Source: Candidatus Marinacidobacterales bacterium (GTDB taxonomy: Bacteria; Acidobacteriota; Vicinamibacteria; Marinacidobacterales; SMYC01). From it: 64,000 nt of DNA. The DNA lies in NCBI GenBank assembly GCA_965237955.1, contig OZ250169.1:160001-224000 (forward strand). Direction: 5' to 3'. Position 1 is the first letter of the stretch; each line of letters starts with the position of its first letter. The position numbers were made by a program, and so were the translations under genes. This document shows, one piece after another, positions 8,673 to 19,985 of the stretch. The notes under the pieces were generated by a model that was given only the letters and a program-made list of their open reading frames with translations, was not told the DNA's origin and made no database searches.

Positions 8673-10100
8673 CGTCCTGTGCCAAAACTCGGCCCTTTTG
8701 AAATAGACCATAAATCAGCAGCTTAGTGTCTGTGTTTGCGACCGGGCCAAGGGCCGTAGGCTTTACAATCTCTTGGGCGGGCGGGTCGTCATCATGCAGA
8801 TGACCACCTAGTCGAGAGCGAATATCGAAGCGTGTTCCTGAAGCTGTTTCCGCGCTACGTCGGTCGAGCCCACCGAGGGCCTACCGTCGCCAGCGACAAT
8901 CTACGCGGCACGGTAGTAGTAGTTGAGAATGCCCCCGAGTCGCTCTCGCGACACGATGGGGCCAGCGTCATTCGCGCTTGCCGGCAGAGGTGTGATGAGT
9001 TCGTTGCCGAGACCTTGGTGGTTCCGTTCTGTGTGATAGTGCACTACGTATTCGGTTACCGCTGTCCGCAGGTGTCGCTCACTGAGAGGCACGAAGCGGT
9101 CGAGACATTCTCGACGTATGGAGAGAACGAATCTTTCCGCATATGCGTTCAGATTCGGACTATTAGCGGGAAGGCGGAGGGGCTTCACGCCTGAATCTCT
9201 CAACAGCCCACGTACCGCCTCGGTGAATAGCGGGTCCCGGTCGTGGATGAGGTACCGCTTGCCAAGGAGGAAACCATCCCACATGTCCGTGAGGTTTCTT
9301 GCCACCTGCTTCATCCACTCCCCGTTTGGGTCCGAGCTTATCCCACCGATGCATACGCAGCGAGTGGCGATATCGATGACAAACAGGACATGGTAGCGGA
9401 CGAGCCCGAACGGGTTCACCACCTCGACGGTGAACAGGTCGGTCGCAGCGATAGCGCCCCAATGAGCCTTGATGAAGGTGCTCCACGACATGCTCTTGCC
9501 CCGCTCCGGGGCAGGAGCGATACCGTGCTCGGCGAGGACCCTCTTGATGGTGTTGCGTCCGAGTTCATGTCCGAGGTTCTTGAGTACGCCCCGCAGGCGC
9601 GTATATCCCCACGTCGGGTTCTCCCGCGCCATGCGTACAATGAGCTCACGGATGTCCTTCGCCGTGGGAGGTCGGCCTGGGCTCCGGTTCTTGCTGCCAT
9701 CGTACTTGGCTGCGATGAGGCAGCGGTACCAGCGTAGAAGCGTAGCGGGTGTGGCAACGGACGCAATCTGGGCCAGCGCCTCGCGGCCCAAGGCCTGGGC
9801 CTTGACGGCGAGCCTACGCCGGTCGTCGTCAGAGAGCCTGAGACGCTTGCCCCGAAGCCCGGCTCGGAGCACACGGTTTTCCTCTTGCAGGTAGTCGATC
9901 ACATCCTGCTGCTGGCGGTTGACCCAGCCAGCCAGAACGAGCAGTAGGAATTGCACGTGGTACGTCATGATGGAACTGAAGATAACACCCTCGGGCCAGA
10001 CGATTGTAGAGCCCACGGCCCTTGGCCCGGTCGCAAAACACAGACGCTAAGCTGCTGATTTATCGGCTATTTCAAGAGGGCCGAGTTTTGGCACAGGACG
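8673..10100 (-). mobile_element. Complete IS481-like/rve element, family 1 copy 1 (~1.43 kb, ~100-bp TIRs)
   Basis: Long inverted ends CGTCCTGTGCCAAAACTCGGCCC...TACAATC flank a single transposase. No clear TSD. Confidence 0.9.
8901..10016 (-). CDS. DDE transposase/integrase core (rve), IS481-like; probable start 9968
   Basis: ENPTWGY HTH, TDLF, HDRD, NAYAERF..RRECLD, ERNHQG motifs. Confidence 0.9.
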   Translation of the reverse strand: MGSTIVWPEGVIFSSIMTYHVQFLLLVLAGWVNRQQQDVIDYLQEENRVLRAGLRGKRLRLSDDDRRRLAVKAQALGREALAQIASVATPATLLRWYRCLIAAKYDGSKNRSPGRPPTAKDIRELIVRMARENPTWGYTRLRGVLKNLGHELGRNTIKRVLAEHGIAPAPERGKSMSWSTFIKAHWGAIAATDLFTVEVVNPFGLVRYHVLFVIDIATRCVCIGGISSDPNGEWMKQVARNLTDMWDGFLLGKRYLIHDRDPLFTEAVRGLLRDSGVKPLRLPANSPNLNAYAERFVLSIRRECLDRFVPLSERHLRTAVTEYVVHYHTERNHQGLGNELITPLPASANDAGPIVSRERLGGILNYYYRAA

Positions 10101-10153
10101 GGCTTGCCGATCCCAAAACGGATTACGGCTCTACTTGAGACGTGGAAGTGGCG

Positions 10154-10576
10154 TCATCTTGACCGCCATCCCACGCACTCGACCGCTCGATTGCCGAAAT
10201 ATGCTGCCAACGCTTCGAGGAGACCGAATGAGAGTTCGGCGGTCGTTTGCGTCGCAGTTCCCACAACCGGTCCGGCGAGATCGATGTCTCCAGGGGCACC
10301 GAGGGCCAAAAGCGGCGCGGGCATTGGCGCGGACCACTCGCCGGTCACCGCCGTGCCATTCTGGACCAGTTCCGCTTGCCCATCGCCGGAGAATAGAATT
10401 CCGTCGAACGTCCCGGACCACCTGCCGGTGAGTGTCACGTACTCGTGCACCTGGTTGTCGTCGGGCGCCGTCGGCGCCGTCGGTCCGTCGTCGCCGCACG
10501 AACCGGCCAGCAACGCAAGACAGACGATGACCGCTGAACGTGTCACGGGCTTATGGCAACTCTGAATGTTTCCCAA
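10154..10576 (-). CDS. Putative lipoprotein, possibly truncated
   Basis: Hydrophobic segment ending LAGSC followed by GDDGPTAPT. Start codon uncertain. Confidence 0.5.
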   Translation of the reverse strand: MGNIQSCHKPVTRSAVIVCLALLAGSCGDDGPTAPTAPDDNQVHEYVTLTGRWSGTFDGILFSGDGQAELVQNGTAVTGEWSAPMPAPLLALGAPGDIDLAGPVVGTATQTTAELSFGLLEALAAYFGNRAVECVGWRSR

Positions 10577-12375
10577 GCCTGTATAAGCTGGGTGCCACCC
10601 AAGGTTAGCCCGCCGCCCCCGCCAAGTACTGCAAGAACGTAGTGGCCGCTATGGCTTTGGAAGGCAATCGCGTCGCCAGTCCGAATGTCCGACACGTTTT
10701 CCTCGTCAACGCGATGTATCCGGAACGATTCCCATGTCCCTGGAGCCGTTGCACCAGCGTCCAGAACATCGCCGCCGCCGGCCACGGCGCGGACATAGAA
10801 CGAGGCATCCGTACGAAGATGGACGACGTCGCCGGACATCACGCACCCGCCGTTCTGATCCTCAAGAGTGAACCGTTCCCACGGCCCGGCTGTGTTCCCG
10901 TCCGCTCGTAACTGCCCTCCCCCGCCACCCTCCGCGACCAGGTATTGCCCGTTGTGGGCCTGTAAAGTGACCTCTGCGGGGCCGTCGATGCCGAGACACG
11001 GCGTCCGCCGAAAATTCGCAATAGCGGAAGCATTTTCGTTATGGACACGGCGACCGTCTGCCGGTCCTTCGATATCATCAGACGGAGTTGCTCCTGACAC
11101 CCCCATCGGGTCACCGCGGTAGGACTGATCAGGGTTGGAAAAGCGAAACAGCTGTGGGCAAGGCGACCGGCCCTTTCCGTCCGGGTGGGGAATCGACTCG
11201 AAGCCCGCGTCCGCGCACTGCAACTCGTACGCCATGACAGTGTGCCAGCGTCTCGACTCCGTCGCCCCGGCCTCGAACGCCTTCTGGTTCACATAGCCAA
11301 ATGCATACGGAGGTTCCAGGCGCCTCAATATCTCTCCCTCTCTATCTTGAGCATAACGGTCGTGATACATTCCCATGTTGTGCCCAATTTCATGAGCAAT
11401 ATTTTCAGACCGACTGGGACAATTCGAATACATGGCGGTAGGCGTAGAAGACAAGGAGAAAGCGCCATAGAGGTCAGCTAGCCCACTACAACCAGCAGGC
11501 GTGCCGATGACCAAATGAACCAGGTCCGCGTAGTATTGATCGCGCCACGCGTGAACCTCGTCCATCTGTCCATCCGATGGATCTGTCAATGCTCTGAGAG
11601 CTGGCCTCATTGTCTCCAAAGAGTTGGTCATTGTGGGTTCTTCTATGTAAGTGACCTCTGCCGCGTGTGCCAAATGCAGCCGATGCTGGATGCCGCTCTC
11701 TGCATAGGACCGGTTGATTTCGGTGATGAAAAGATCTATCAGCGTTCTGATCCCAGCTGTCCCTCCCTCGGCATCCCGCGCAGCAGGAGTATAGACCACC
11801 ATGACATCAATGCGTGAAGGATCATCATCTGATTCCGATCGGAGAGGTTCGCCAGCGTCTGTCACTCCGAATGACTGCGGATGACGACTTCCGGTCTGGA
11901 AGCCTCCATCAAAGATGGGTGGTTCCCTGAAGATAGCATCAGCAGGGTCCACTTGTCGGATCCTGACGACACCGAGGTTAGTCGAACGGATGTCGTAGAT
12001 CTCTGTTGGAGTCCGTACCGTCCCTGCGACAGTATCTCCATTGACTACTAGTGTCAATGTGCCGAATGGCACGCCTACCAGGTCGCCGAACAGCGCATAG
12101 CCCGATGAGGTAGTCGCGGTTCGTGAAACAATTGCCTTGAACACGGTGTCGTTAAACAGGTTCAGTACCAGTACTGTTGATGCGACTCCCCCGCTTGCAT
12201 GAACAAACGCCCTCGACAACTGCTGATCGTCAACTCGGACTAGGCGCGTACGGTCTAGTCCCAGTCCCGTAGTCCGTACGGGCTCAATCTCGACGAACAG
12301 CCACTTCTCTTGAGCAACGGCGACAACACACCACAATGCGTTCATCATTGCCAGTCCAACGACGACCGTTCGCAT
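10543..12375 (-). CDS. Secreted M12B/reprolysin-like zinc metallopeptidase with C-terminal fascin-like domain
   Basis: Signal peptide, IDVMVVYT, metzincin motif HEIGHNMGMYHD, Met-turn TVMAY, and three repeats of the Y(L/V)xAxxGGG...WExF type. Confidence 0.9.
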   Translation of the reverse strand: MRTVVVGLAMMNALWCVVAVAQEKWLFVEIEPVRTTGLGLDRTRLVRVDDQQLSRAFVHASGGVASTVLVLNLFNDTVFKAIVSRTATTSSGYALFGDLVGVPFGTLTLVVNGDTVAGTVRTPTEIYDIRSTNLGVVRIRQVDPADAIFREPPIFDGGFQTGSRHPQSFGVTDAGEPLRSESDDDPSRIDVMVVYTPAARDAEGGTAGIRTLIDLFITEINRSYAESGIQHRLHLAHAAEVTYIEEPTMTNSLETMRPALRALTDPSDGQMDEVHAWRDQYYADLVHLVIGTPAGCSGLADLYGAFSLSSTPTAMYSNCPSRSENIAHEIGHNMGMYHDRYAQDREGEILRRLEPPYAFGYVNQKAFEAGATESRRWHTVMAYELQCADAGFESIPHPDGKGRSPCPQLFRFSNPDQSYRGDPMGVSGATPSDDIEGPADGRRVHNENASAIANFRRTPCLGIDGPAEVTLQAHNGQYLVAEGGGGGQLRADGNTAGPWERFTLEDQNGGCVMSGDVVHLRTDASFYVRAVAGGGDVLDAGATAPGTWESFRIHRVDEENVSDIRTGDAIAFQSHSGHYVLAVLGGGGGLTLGGTQLIQAWETFRVAISP

Positions 12376-13864
12376 ATAAGAACCTCCCCGAGCCCAGGAA
12401 CTAGCTAGTACCCGTCCTGAAGCCTGTAAGGGATTGAGAAAAAAGGAGAAATCGCAAATTTAGGGCTAGTCTTCTGAGGGGGTGTCGATTAAGGATCGTG
12501 TCGTTGAAAACATCTGATTCTAAATGACTTAACTCCAAAGGAGACCAGCCCTAAATGCGAAAAACGATCAACCCACAGCCAAATCTACGTGAGCCCTGGC
12601 TGGAGCTGGAGCACGCACGCGAACTCGAAACGATCTCGTCGCTGCTCGATGCCCATCCTAAACTCAATGAGCTGGTACTGCAAGACCTGAAGTCGGTCAC
12701 CCCATCGGCAGGGAGCGATGTTGGTCGTGGGGGAATGAGCGCGGAGCAGGTTCTCCGGGCGTTGTTGGTCAAGCAGCTGAATCAGTTCAGCTATCGGGAG
12801 CTGGCGTTTCACTTGGCAGACTCTCGAAGCTATCGGACGTTTTGCCAGCTCGGCATCATAGAGCCGACCCCGTCGAAGTCGACCCTAGCAGCAAACATCA
12901 AAGCCGTGAAGTTCGAAACGCTGGAGCAGATCAACCGAGAGCTGGTGAGCGTTGCCGAGGATGCTGGGATCGAAAAGGGAAGAAAAGTACGAGTGGACTG
13001 CACGGTAGTGGAATCAAACATTCATCCGCCTACAGACTCCGAGCTTCTTTATGACTGTGTTCGGGTTCTCACTCGCCTGATGTGCGGAGCTCGCGAACTG
13101 CTGGGTACAGTAGTGGTCTTCGGCAATCGAACGCGTCGAGCGAAGAGACGTCGACTGGGAGTTCTGAACGCGAAGGATAAGCAACAAAGGCGTCGCGTCT
13201 ATCGAGATCTACTGAAGGTGACGGAAGAAACCTATCGCTCCGCTCAACGCGTTGCAGAACAGTTAGAAGAGTCGGGCTTGACCGAGCCTGTGAAGCGAGC
13301 GAGTACGGAGAGGATCGCCGCGGATTTTGAGCACTTTCTCGTCCTCACCAAGAAAGTCATCAACCAAACCCAACGCCGAGTGATCGACGAAGAGCGTGTG
13401 CCTGCAGAGGAAAAGGTCGTTTCTGTCTTCGAAGAACACACCGACATTATTCGCAAAGACCGGCGCGAGACCCTCTACGGTCACAAGGTGTGTCTGACTG
13501 GTGGTTCGTCCTCGATGATTTTGGATTGCGTGATCTTGGATGGGAATCCGGCCGATTCAACTCTCGCGGAAACCATGATCGACCGTCTAGTCGAACTCTA
13601 CGAGCGGGCCCCGCGCCAGGTCGCCTACGATGGCGCGTTTTCTTCAAAGGCAAACTTGGAAGCCATCAAAGGCAAGGGAGTTGAAGATGTTGCCTTTACC
13701 AAGGCTCAAGGTTTCGCCGTGACCGATATGGTCAAGAGTTCCTGGGTCTATCAACGCCTGCGGCGATTTCGCTGCGGGATCGAAGGCATCATTTCGTTCT
13801 TGAAACGAGTCTTTGGTCTCGACCGATGCACATTGACCTTGCCCGGGAAAAGTGGACGGGTTGA

Positions 13865-14743
13865 TTAGCTTGCATTGGCAGAGTTAAGAGCGTGAAGCCG
13901 TTCGAACTCCATTGGGCTGAGGTAATCGAGCGCTGAGTGGAGTCGGTACGGGTTGTAAAAGGCTTCAATGTAATCAGCGATTGCATTCTTGGCATGGCGC
14001 CGTGTTGGCCAGGGATGACGGTATACGAGTTCGGTCTTGAGCGTACCGAAAAAACTCTCGGTGACGGCGTTGTCCCAGCAGTCTCCGCGACGGCTCATAG
14101 AACAGATGATACCGTGGTCGTCGAGTACGTCCTGATAACTCTCGGCCGCGTACTGGACACCGCGATCAGAGTGATGAAGCAGACCAGCTCCGGGCACACG
14201 TCGTCCCAAAGCCATATAGAGCGCTTCGAGTGCGAGCTCAGTCCTGAGGTGCGACCGCATCCCCCAGCCGACGACGCGGCGCGAAAACAGGTCGAGAACT
14301 ACGGCTAGGTACAGCCACCCCTCCCAGGTCCGAATGTAGGTGATGTCCGTCGTCCAGAACTGGTTGGGCCGCTCGGCCTCGAAACGACGAGCCAACACGT
14401 TCGGTGCCACCGGCTTGTCGTGTTGGCTGTTGGTCGTCTTGCGGAAGCGCCTTTGCGGCACGCCCCGTAGGCCGATTTCGCGCATCAACCGAGCCACTCG
14501 ATGCTTGCCGACCTCGAGGCCTTGTTGGACCAGTTCCTTGACCACACGCAATCTGCCGTACGTGCCGCGGCTTTTCGTGTGGGCCGCTTGGATGTGAGGC
14601 TTTAACTTCGCGTCCTCACTGTGACGGTGACTCGGCGCCCGGTCGATGTGCGCGTAGTAGCCGCTCCGCGACACCTGCAACACTCGGCACATCACGCGCA
14701 CCGGATAGTTGGCCTTCTCCGCGTTGATGAACTCGAATCTCAT
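13865..14743 (-). CDS. IS3 OrfB transposase
   Basis: WTTDITY, HHSDRG, DNAVTESFF DDE motifs. Confidence 0.95.
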   Translation of the reverse strand: MRFEFINAEKANYPVRVMCRVLQVSRSGYYAHIDRAPSHRHSEDAKLKPHIQAAHTKSRGTYGRLRVVKELVQQGLEVGKHRVARLMREIGLRGVPQRRFRKTTNSQHDKPVAPNVLARRFEAERPNQFWTTDITYIRTWEGWLYLAVVLDLFSRRVVGWGMRSHLRTELALEALYMALGRRVPGAGLLHHSDRGVQYAAESYQDVLDDHGIICSMSRRGDCWDNAVTESFFGTLKTELVYRHPWPTRRHAKNAIADYIEAFYNPYRLHSALDYLSPMEFERLHALNSANAS

Positions 14744-15036
14744 TTGCTTTCCTTCGCGAAGAAGGCCGTCGCTTTTTTTAGGATTTCTCGCTCCTGCTCC
14801 AACGTCCGCACTCGACGACGCAGCGTACGCAGTTCCTCTTGTTCCGCTGTCGTTAACGCCCCACTCCGCCCCGCGCCGCGGTCAACATCGTATTGCTTTA
14901 CCCAGTTGCGAAGCGCCGATTCTGTCAGGTCCAATTCCTTCGCTACCTGACCGATGCGCCGGTCCCCCTGCTTGCACAGGCGGACCGCCTCCTTCTTGAA
15001 TTCCTTCGTGAACTTTCGTCTCTTCCGTTTTTCCAT
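14740..15036 (-). CDS. IS3 OrfA
   Basis: RRKFTKEFKKEAV...EILKKATAFF. ATGA overlap with OrfB. Confidence 0.92.
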   Translation of the reverse strand: MEKRKRRKFTKEFKKEAVRLCKQGDRRIGQVAKELDLTESALRNWVKQYDVDRGAGRSGALTTAEQEELRTLRRRVRTLEQEREILKKATAFFAKESK

Positions 15037-15375
15037 GGACGCCTCCCGGCGCATTGTCGCGCCTCTCGGTAGGTGTCCACAAAACCCGGGCAGGGCCACA
15101 TGGCGCTCATTGCCTTCTTTTAAATCGTACGTATGGGGTTCCATCATCACCTGCAATGTACTGGTGATGGCGAGACATCTATTAAGATAATAACTATTAC
15201 TCTTCCGCTCCCATAGCCTTGGATTCCTGACGATTCGCCTCTCGTTTCGTCCAAGATTTTCATTCGCTCTCAACCCTACGAAGTTCCCTACCGAAACCGT
15301 ATAATACCCACATCTTCGGTAGGCCTGTCGCACACCACAAGTTATGGTGTTTCTGGACAGGAACTAGCTAACTCC

Positions 15376-15996
15376 AATAGGTAAGCCACCGCCTATGGCG
15401 GTGCGACTCGAAAAGGCTCTGCCGTTCCAGCGTGTGGTAGACGATCTCCTTTCAATGAACCGGGAAGTTCAAAAGAAAGGAGATCGACATGCGAGAGTGG
15501 AAGAACCAATCGCACGTGAAATGGTACTGCAAATATCACATTGTGTTCAGCCCGAAATACCGAAAGAAGGCGATGTTCGGAAGTTTGAGGAAGGGGGTTG
15601 GGAGAATCCTCCGGGAACTCTGCAAGCAGGCGGGAGTCGAATTGGTGGAGGGACACGCGATGTCGGACCATGTGCACTTGTGTTTGAGTATTCCACCGAA
15701 GTACAGCGTGGCAAACACGGTAGGGTTTCTGAAGGGCAAGTCTGCGATACGAATCCATCGTGAATACTTGGGGAAACGGAGAAACTTCACGGGGTTCCAT
15801 TTCTGGGCACGCGGTTACTGTGTCAGCACGGTGGGTCTAGACGAGGCGGTCATTCGGGAGTACATCCGAAATCAGGAGGAAGAAGAAAAGCGTCAAGAAC
15901 AGCTGAACCTCAGGGGGCTTTAGCCCCCTTCCGCACGGTGGGGGCCCCTTCAAGGGGCCTTCATCAAACCACCCGCTATGCGGGTGGTAGTTGATT
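15376..15996 (+). mobile_element. IS200-type element
   Basis: Subterminal hairpins CACCGCC/GGCGGTG (left) and ACCACCCGC/GCGGGTGGT (right) flank tnpA. Confidence 0.85.
15489..15923 (+). CDS. tnpA: IS200/IS605 Y1 HUH transposase
   Basis: YHIVFSPKYR, DHVH (HUH), KGKS, FWARGY, YIRNQ. Confidence 0.95.
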   Translation: MREWKNQSHVKWYCKYHIVFSPKYRKKAMFGSLRKGVGRILRELCKQAGVELVEGHAMSDHVHLCLSIPPKYSVANTVGFLKGKSAIRIHREYLGKRRNFTGFHFWARGYCVSTVGLDEAVIREYIRNQEEEEKRQEQLNLRGL

Positions 15997-16038
15997 GTTC
16001 TCGGCTCACGTAGTCCACCATACGCTTGATCGGGGGCG

Positions 16039-16110
16039 GGATGTGTCCCGAGGTCCGTGGAAAAAGAACGGCGCCCTCCACTCCGTCATCAGAGTATCAC
16101 ATCAGGCGGC
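16039..16110 (-). mobile_element. IS256-like right-end remnant
   Basis: Reverse complement of 17010-17080. Confidence 0.7.
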
Positions 16111-16397
16111 AAACTTGTTATCGACGTAATCGACGACCGAACCGGGATCGCCACAGCGCGCCCCAGTGTGGTGCAAATAGTACGTCGAGCTCGACATCGG
16201 CCTGTGGACGTAGCGGATACGACAAGCTTCTCAAAAACCGCCGAAACGCACTCAATTAGCGGCTCATCTTGCTGGAGAGATTCTGACGCGGAGTGGGGGT
16301 TAGACTGCGAGATAGGCATGTGACCTCCTTGGACCAGACAGGCCCTGGATCTACGGCACCATACAGGTGCCACTTGTTAATCCAACCGCCAGTTAGG

Positions 16398-16790
16398 TGC
16401 CTTGGTGCACAACTCGCGATCTCGGTCCACAATTGTCCTGTACTCGCGGATTCGAGGTTCCCCATGAGCATTTTCAAACGCACTCAGCGGAAGTATGTGA
16501 AGAAGGCCTATCGCGTGAGGAATTGGCGTGAATATGAGGCGGGTCTACGCAACCGTGGGAGCCTGACCGTCTGGATCTCGCTCACCGCCGGCAAGCTTGT
16601 GAACTGGGACGCGCCCCGGCCAAGGAGGAGGAAACCGGGCCGTCAACGCAAGTACTCGAACCACGCCATCGAGACGGCTGTCACCCTGGGCATGGTGTTT
16701 CATCTGTCGTCTAGGCAGAGCGAGGGATTGCTGCGATCGTTGTTCGCTCTGATGAAGCTAGACAATGATGTGCCCGATCACACCACGCTC
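16398..16790 (+). mobile_element. IS5 (IS903 group) type B, 5' fragment
   Basis: YRVRNWREYEAGLRNRGSLTVW...PDHTTLS. The same start occurs at 21478 and 59229. Confidence 0.85.
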
Positions 16791-16794
16791 TCGA

Positions 16795-17080
16795 ATTCCC
16801 TCGTGCCATGTGGAAATCGATTCGAACGACCAATGCTCTGGAGAGTCTCAACCGCGAGTTTCGACGCCGGACGAAAACCCAAGCGTCGTTCTCCAGCGAG
16901 GAGTCCGCGGTCGCTTTGCTGTTTGGGCTTATCGCCTCTGGCCAGATTCAACTACGGCGCATCGACGGCTACCAAGGTCTGAGCGAGGTTCTCAAACACG
17001 CGGAGGTTGCCGCCTGATCTGATACCCTGATGACGGAGTGGAGGGCGCCGTTTTTTTTCCACGAACCTCGGGACACATCC
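16795..17080 (+). mobile_element. IS256-family 3' fragment with right end
   Basis: WKSIRTTNALESLNREFRRRTK motif. Ends ...CCTCGGGACACATCC. Confidence 0.85.
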
Positions 17081-17319
17081 GTAGAAACGGAGCAACCTGT
17101 AATCCGCAAAAAAGAAGATCGGCCAGAAGCAGCCGACCATGGCGGGTCTAAAACGCGCAATCGACGCTGGATCGACTTTTTGCGGAGCACAGGTGGCGTT
17201 GACGCGGGGTAACGTTGCGCTGAGCTGCGGACGCCGTAAGGAGCGTTGCAGATGGTGGCGTCCGTCAGCTGCATGCGATGCTATACCGCCCCGTAGGCGG
17301 TACACGCCTCTGGTTCAGA

Positions 17320-18375
17320 CTACCGCGGCGGAATCCGCTGCAGTTGCTTACGCAGGATGTCAGCCCAAATTTTATCCTTCGTAGTTTCCAGTAACCGTTG
17401 AAGGGCGCGACGGTGGGCGACCTGAAGCGCCTCAACTTCGGTTGTCTGGATATCCGGAATCACACCCACGCCTTCCCAGTTCCGACCTGTCACCGCCGCG
17501 CGAACTCGGCCGTTTGGGACGACAACCTCGAAGTAATCGTTTACGGGATACGCACGACCAGGATTTGCAGCTCCTGCAGTTACTTCCCCCACAACCTCCG
17601 CGCGGGCTAAGTCCTGGAGAATGAACGCAAGGCCCTCGCCGGCCGAAAAGGTCGTTGCTGCCGTGAGGACAAAGACCGGTCGGCGACCATCGCGATGCGA
17701 CTGGGGTACCGATTCAGTGTAGTAAGACTTGGTCTCTCCGTTGCGAGGCACGATCTGGAACAACAGTTGCCCAGGGCTCTCGAATAGGTAGCTCGCAAGG
17801 AGGGCGACTGTGCCTGGGTTGCCCCCGCTATTCGATCGCATATCTAGAATGAGTGCATCAGCGTATCGCAAAGACTCCATGGCGGCTTCGAGCGCCTCAC
17901 GCGCTTCCCCATGTCGGTAGAAGGCGGTGAAGTTGAGATAGCCGACGTTTCCTGGAAGGATCTGGATGTGCTCCGCGCCGTAGTTCTGTCGGCGAGCTCG
18001 CAACTCCCGTGACTGCTCTCTTGCTTCGCTCGACACCCTCGTCTCATCGTCGGGAGGAATGTAGTTGACTGAAAGATGCTTGTCCGTCGTCAAGGCATGC
18101 AGGTGCTCCGTCAGTAACACGGCGAGCTCCTGGGCCGACTCGATGGCGGTATAGTGGCCTAGCTGAAGTCGTTCTCGAAGATTCTCTTTGACCTGCGATG
18201 CGACCCCGCGATCGAAGTACTCCCGGTCCACGACTTCAGCGACGGTCTCCACGGTCTCCCGGACCATATTCTGATCGAGTTCGACTCGCGCTCTCTGGGC
18301 CTGTGTGACGCCATTCGCGTCGACTCCCGGTGTCGTGAAAGCGAGAGCGAAGCAGGCAACGCCTATTAGTTTCAC
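17320..18375 (-). CDS. S41 family peptidase, secreted
   Basis: GTG start with signal peptide. GNVGY, DMRSNSGG, TFSAGE, GEVTAGA and WEGVGVIPD motifs. Confidence 0.9.
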   Translation of the reverse strand: MKLIGVACFALAFTTPGVDANGVTQAQRARVELDQNMVRETVETVAEVVDREYFDRGVASQVKENLRERLQLGHYTAIESAQELAVLLTEHLHALTTDKHLSVNYIPPDDETRVSSEAREQSRELRARRQNYGAEHIQILPGNVGYLNFTAFYRHGEAREALEAAMESLRYADALILDMRSNSGGNPGTVALLASYLFESPGQLLFQIVPRNGETKSYYTESVPQSHRDGRRPVFVLTAATTFSAGEGLAFILQDLARAEVVGEVTAGAANPGRAYPVNDYFEVVVPNGRVRAAVTGRNWEGVGVIPDIQTTEVEALQVAHRRALQRLLETTKDKIWADILRKQLQRIPPR

Positions 18376-18409
18376 CAGGTCACCTCGTTTCCACACCGGA
18401 CGACGAGCG

Positions 18410-18718
18410 CGCCTGGGCCTTGACGGCGAGCCTGCGCCGGTCGTCGTCAGAGAGCCTGAGACGCTTGCCCCGAAGCCCGGCTCGGAGCACACGGTTTTCC
18501 TCTCGCAGGTAGTCGATCACATCCTGCTGCTGGCGGTTGACCCAGCCAGCCAGAACGAGCAGTAGGAATTGCACGTGGTACGTCATCATGGAGCTGAAGA
18601 TAACACCCTCGGTCCAGACGATTGTAGAGCCTCCAGCCCTTGGCCCAGTCGCAAAACACAGACGCTAAGCTGTTGTTTTATGGTCTATTTCAAAAGGGCC
18701 GAGTTTTGGCACAGGACG
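18410..18718 (-). mobile_element. Family 1 IS481-like 5' fragment
   Basis: End plus [10 protein letters not shown]...AVKAQA, matching the full copies. Confidence 0.9.
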
Positions 18719-18898
18719 CCGTCACGGAAGGCCCGACGCCCCTCTTTGGGGGCCATGGCGTCGATATCGAGAAGCCTTCCCTTGGCAACCAGATCGTCCA
18801 CAAGAGCAATGAACCCGGCTTTAAGCTTGTCGCTTCTGGCGAATTGGCTGATGATTGCTCCGCAAACTAGATGGAGCCCGGCAATTTGCCCACTGAGG

Positions 18899-19985
18899 GG
18901 CGTTGTTGCACGGCCCGGCGCAAATCGCTGACCTCCCTGTGCCGGTCGGAGAGTCACCCGGCGCAGTAAGTATCGGGCATGCCGAGCGCGGTCATCTTGT
19001 TGAGTATCTCGCACCCAATTCGGTGTTCAACTCGTTGCCTCGCCAACGTTCGAGCCCGCATCTCGGGCCCCATGATCGCCTTGTAACGATAGACCGCGTT
19101 CTCCACCATGCTTCGCTCGGTGCAGCCTGAGAGCTTGTACCATTCACGTCGGCCGTGTCTTTCGATTGCACGAATATGGCGGTCGCGTTCCCGCATGGCG
19201 GTGTTCGAATTCTGACTGAGCGTGGCGTTTCGTTGCGGCGGAATCACCACGCGCGTCCTTCGTCCAGGGCTGTGCGCTTCGATGGCTTCGTAGACCGCTT
19301 CCTTGTCGTATGCACTGTCCGCCGCCACCGACGCTATAGGTGCTTGAATCTGTGTTAGCAAAGGGGGGACTCGCGTTGCGTCGCGAGCTCGTGACGCCGT
19401 CAGTTCGGACGCAACAATGTTGCCGGTCTTGCGATCAACGGCGATGTGCAACTTGCGCCAGGCGCGCTGCTTTGGCGGTTTGCGAGTGGTTCCAACATGA
19501 ATCCTCAAGCCCGTGCTATCGATCATCAGGTGGATTGGTTGATTGCTTGCGGCTTTCCCAATCCGCAGCTTCTTGCGGAGCAGCCTCGACCGCCGAGACA
19601 ACGTCGAGTAGTCCGGGATCTCGATACCGAGCCCGAGCAGCGAGGCGATCGAGTGCAAGAAGCCTTCGGTTTGTCGGTAGGCGAGCTTGTACACCATCCG
19701 GACAACCAGGCCCGTTTCAATAGCCATGTCTGAATAGACCCGTTGACCGCCAGGCTTACCGGTCTTGTCGGCCATCCAGTTCGCGATTGCCTCCTCGTCA
19801 AACCAGACCGTCAAATCGCCCCGGCGGCGCAGCCCTTCGTTGTATTCCGCCCAGTTGGAAACGTGGTACTTCTTCTGTTTCGCGTGTTTGTACTGGCTGC
19901 GCTTGGGATACTTCATGGTCAAACATTACCTCGGCCACCACCATAGGTAGATTTCGCGCTCAGCCAAGAGCGGTGCAACAACGCC
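18899..19985 (-). mobile_element. IS5 (IS903 group) type A, complete, 1087 bp
   Basis: TIRs GGCGTTGTTGCAC. Intact transposase. No TSD visible. Confidence 0.93.
18954..19922 (-). CDS. IS5-family transposase
   Basis: NWAEYNEGLRRRG, IDSTGL, WRKLH, ADSAYD, RSMVENAVYRYK. Confidence 0.93.
   Translation of the reverse strand: MTMKYPKRSQYKHAKQKKYHVSNWAEYNEGLRRRGDLTVWFDEEAIANWMADKTGKPGGQRVYSDMAIETGLVVRMVYKLAYRQTEGFLHSIASLLGLGIEIPDYSTLSRRSRLLRKKLRIGKAASNQPIHLMIDSTGLRIHVGTTRKPPKQRAWRKLHIAVDRKTGNIVASELTASRARDATRVPPLLTQIQAPIASVAADSAYDKEAVYEAIEAHSPGRRTRVVIPPQRNATLSQNSNTAMRERDRHIRAIERHGRREWYKLSGCTERSMVENAVYRYKAIMGPEMRARTLARQRVEHRIGCEILNKMTALGMPDTYCAG

Larger units (their letters stand above)
13834..15098 (-). 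mobile_element. IS3-family element (1265 bp), copy 1, TSD CAT
   Basis: TG..CA TIRs TGACCTTGCCCGGG / TGGCCCTGCCCGGG. CAT at 13831-13833 and 15099-15101. Confidence 0.95.
12555..15190 (+). pseudogene. ISNCY-type DDE transposase split by an IS3 insertion
   Basis: The frame ends ...GLDRCT at 13833 and resumes WRSLPSFKSYVWGSII...LLR* after 15101 once the CAT duplication is removed. Confidence 0.88.
12405..15367 (+). mobile_element. ISNCY/IS5-like element interrupted by IS3
   Basis: Ends CTAGTACCCGTCCTGAA and TTCTGGACAGGAACTAG are imperfect inverted repeats. Confidence 0.75.

Noticed and set aside
15489-15996. TnpB/IscB omega system
   Set aside because: Only tnpA lies between the IS200 hairpins, with no tnpB.
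19787-19985. N-terminal extension of the 537-aa recombinase ORF
   Set aside because: It is the antisense frame of the IS5 end, an artefactual fusion. The same applies to extensions on ORFs 17320-18492, 22243-23022 and 59144-60355.
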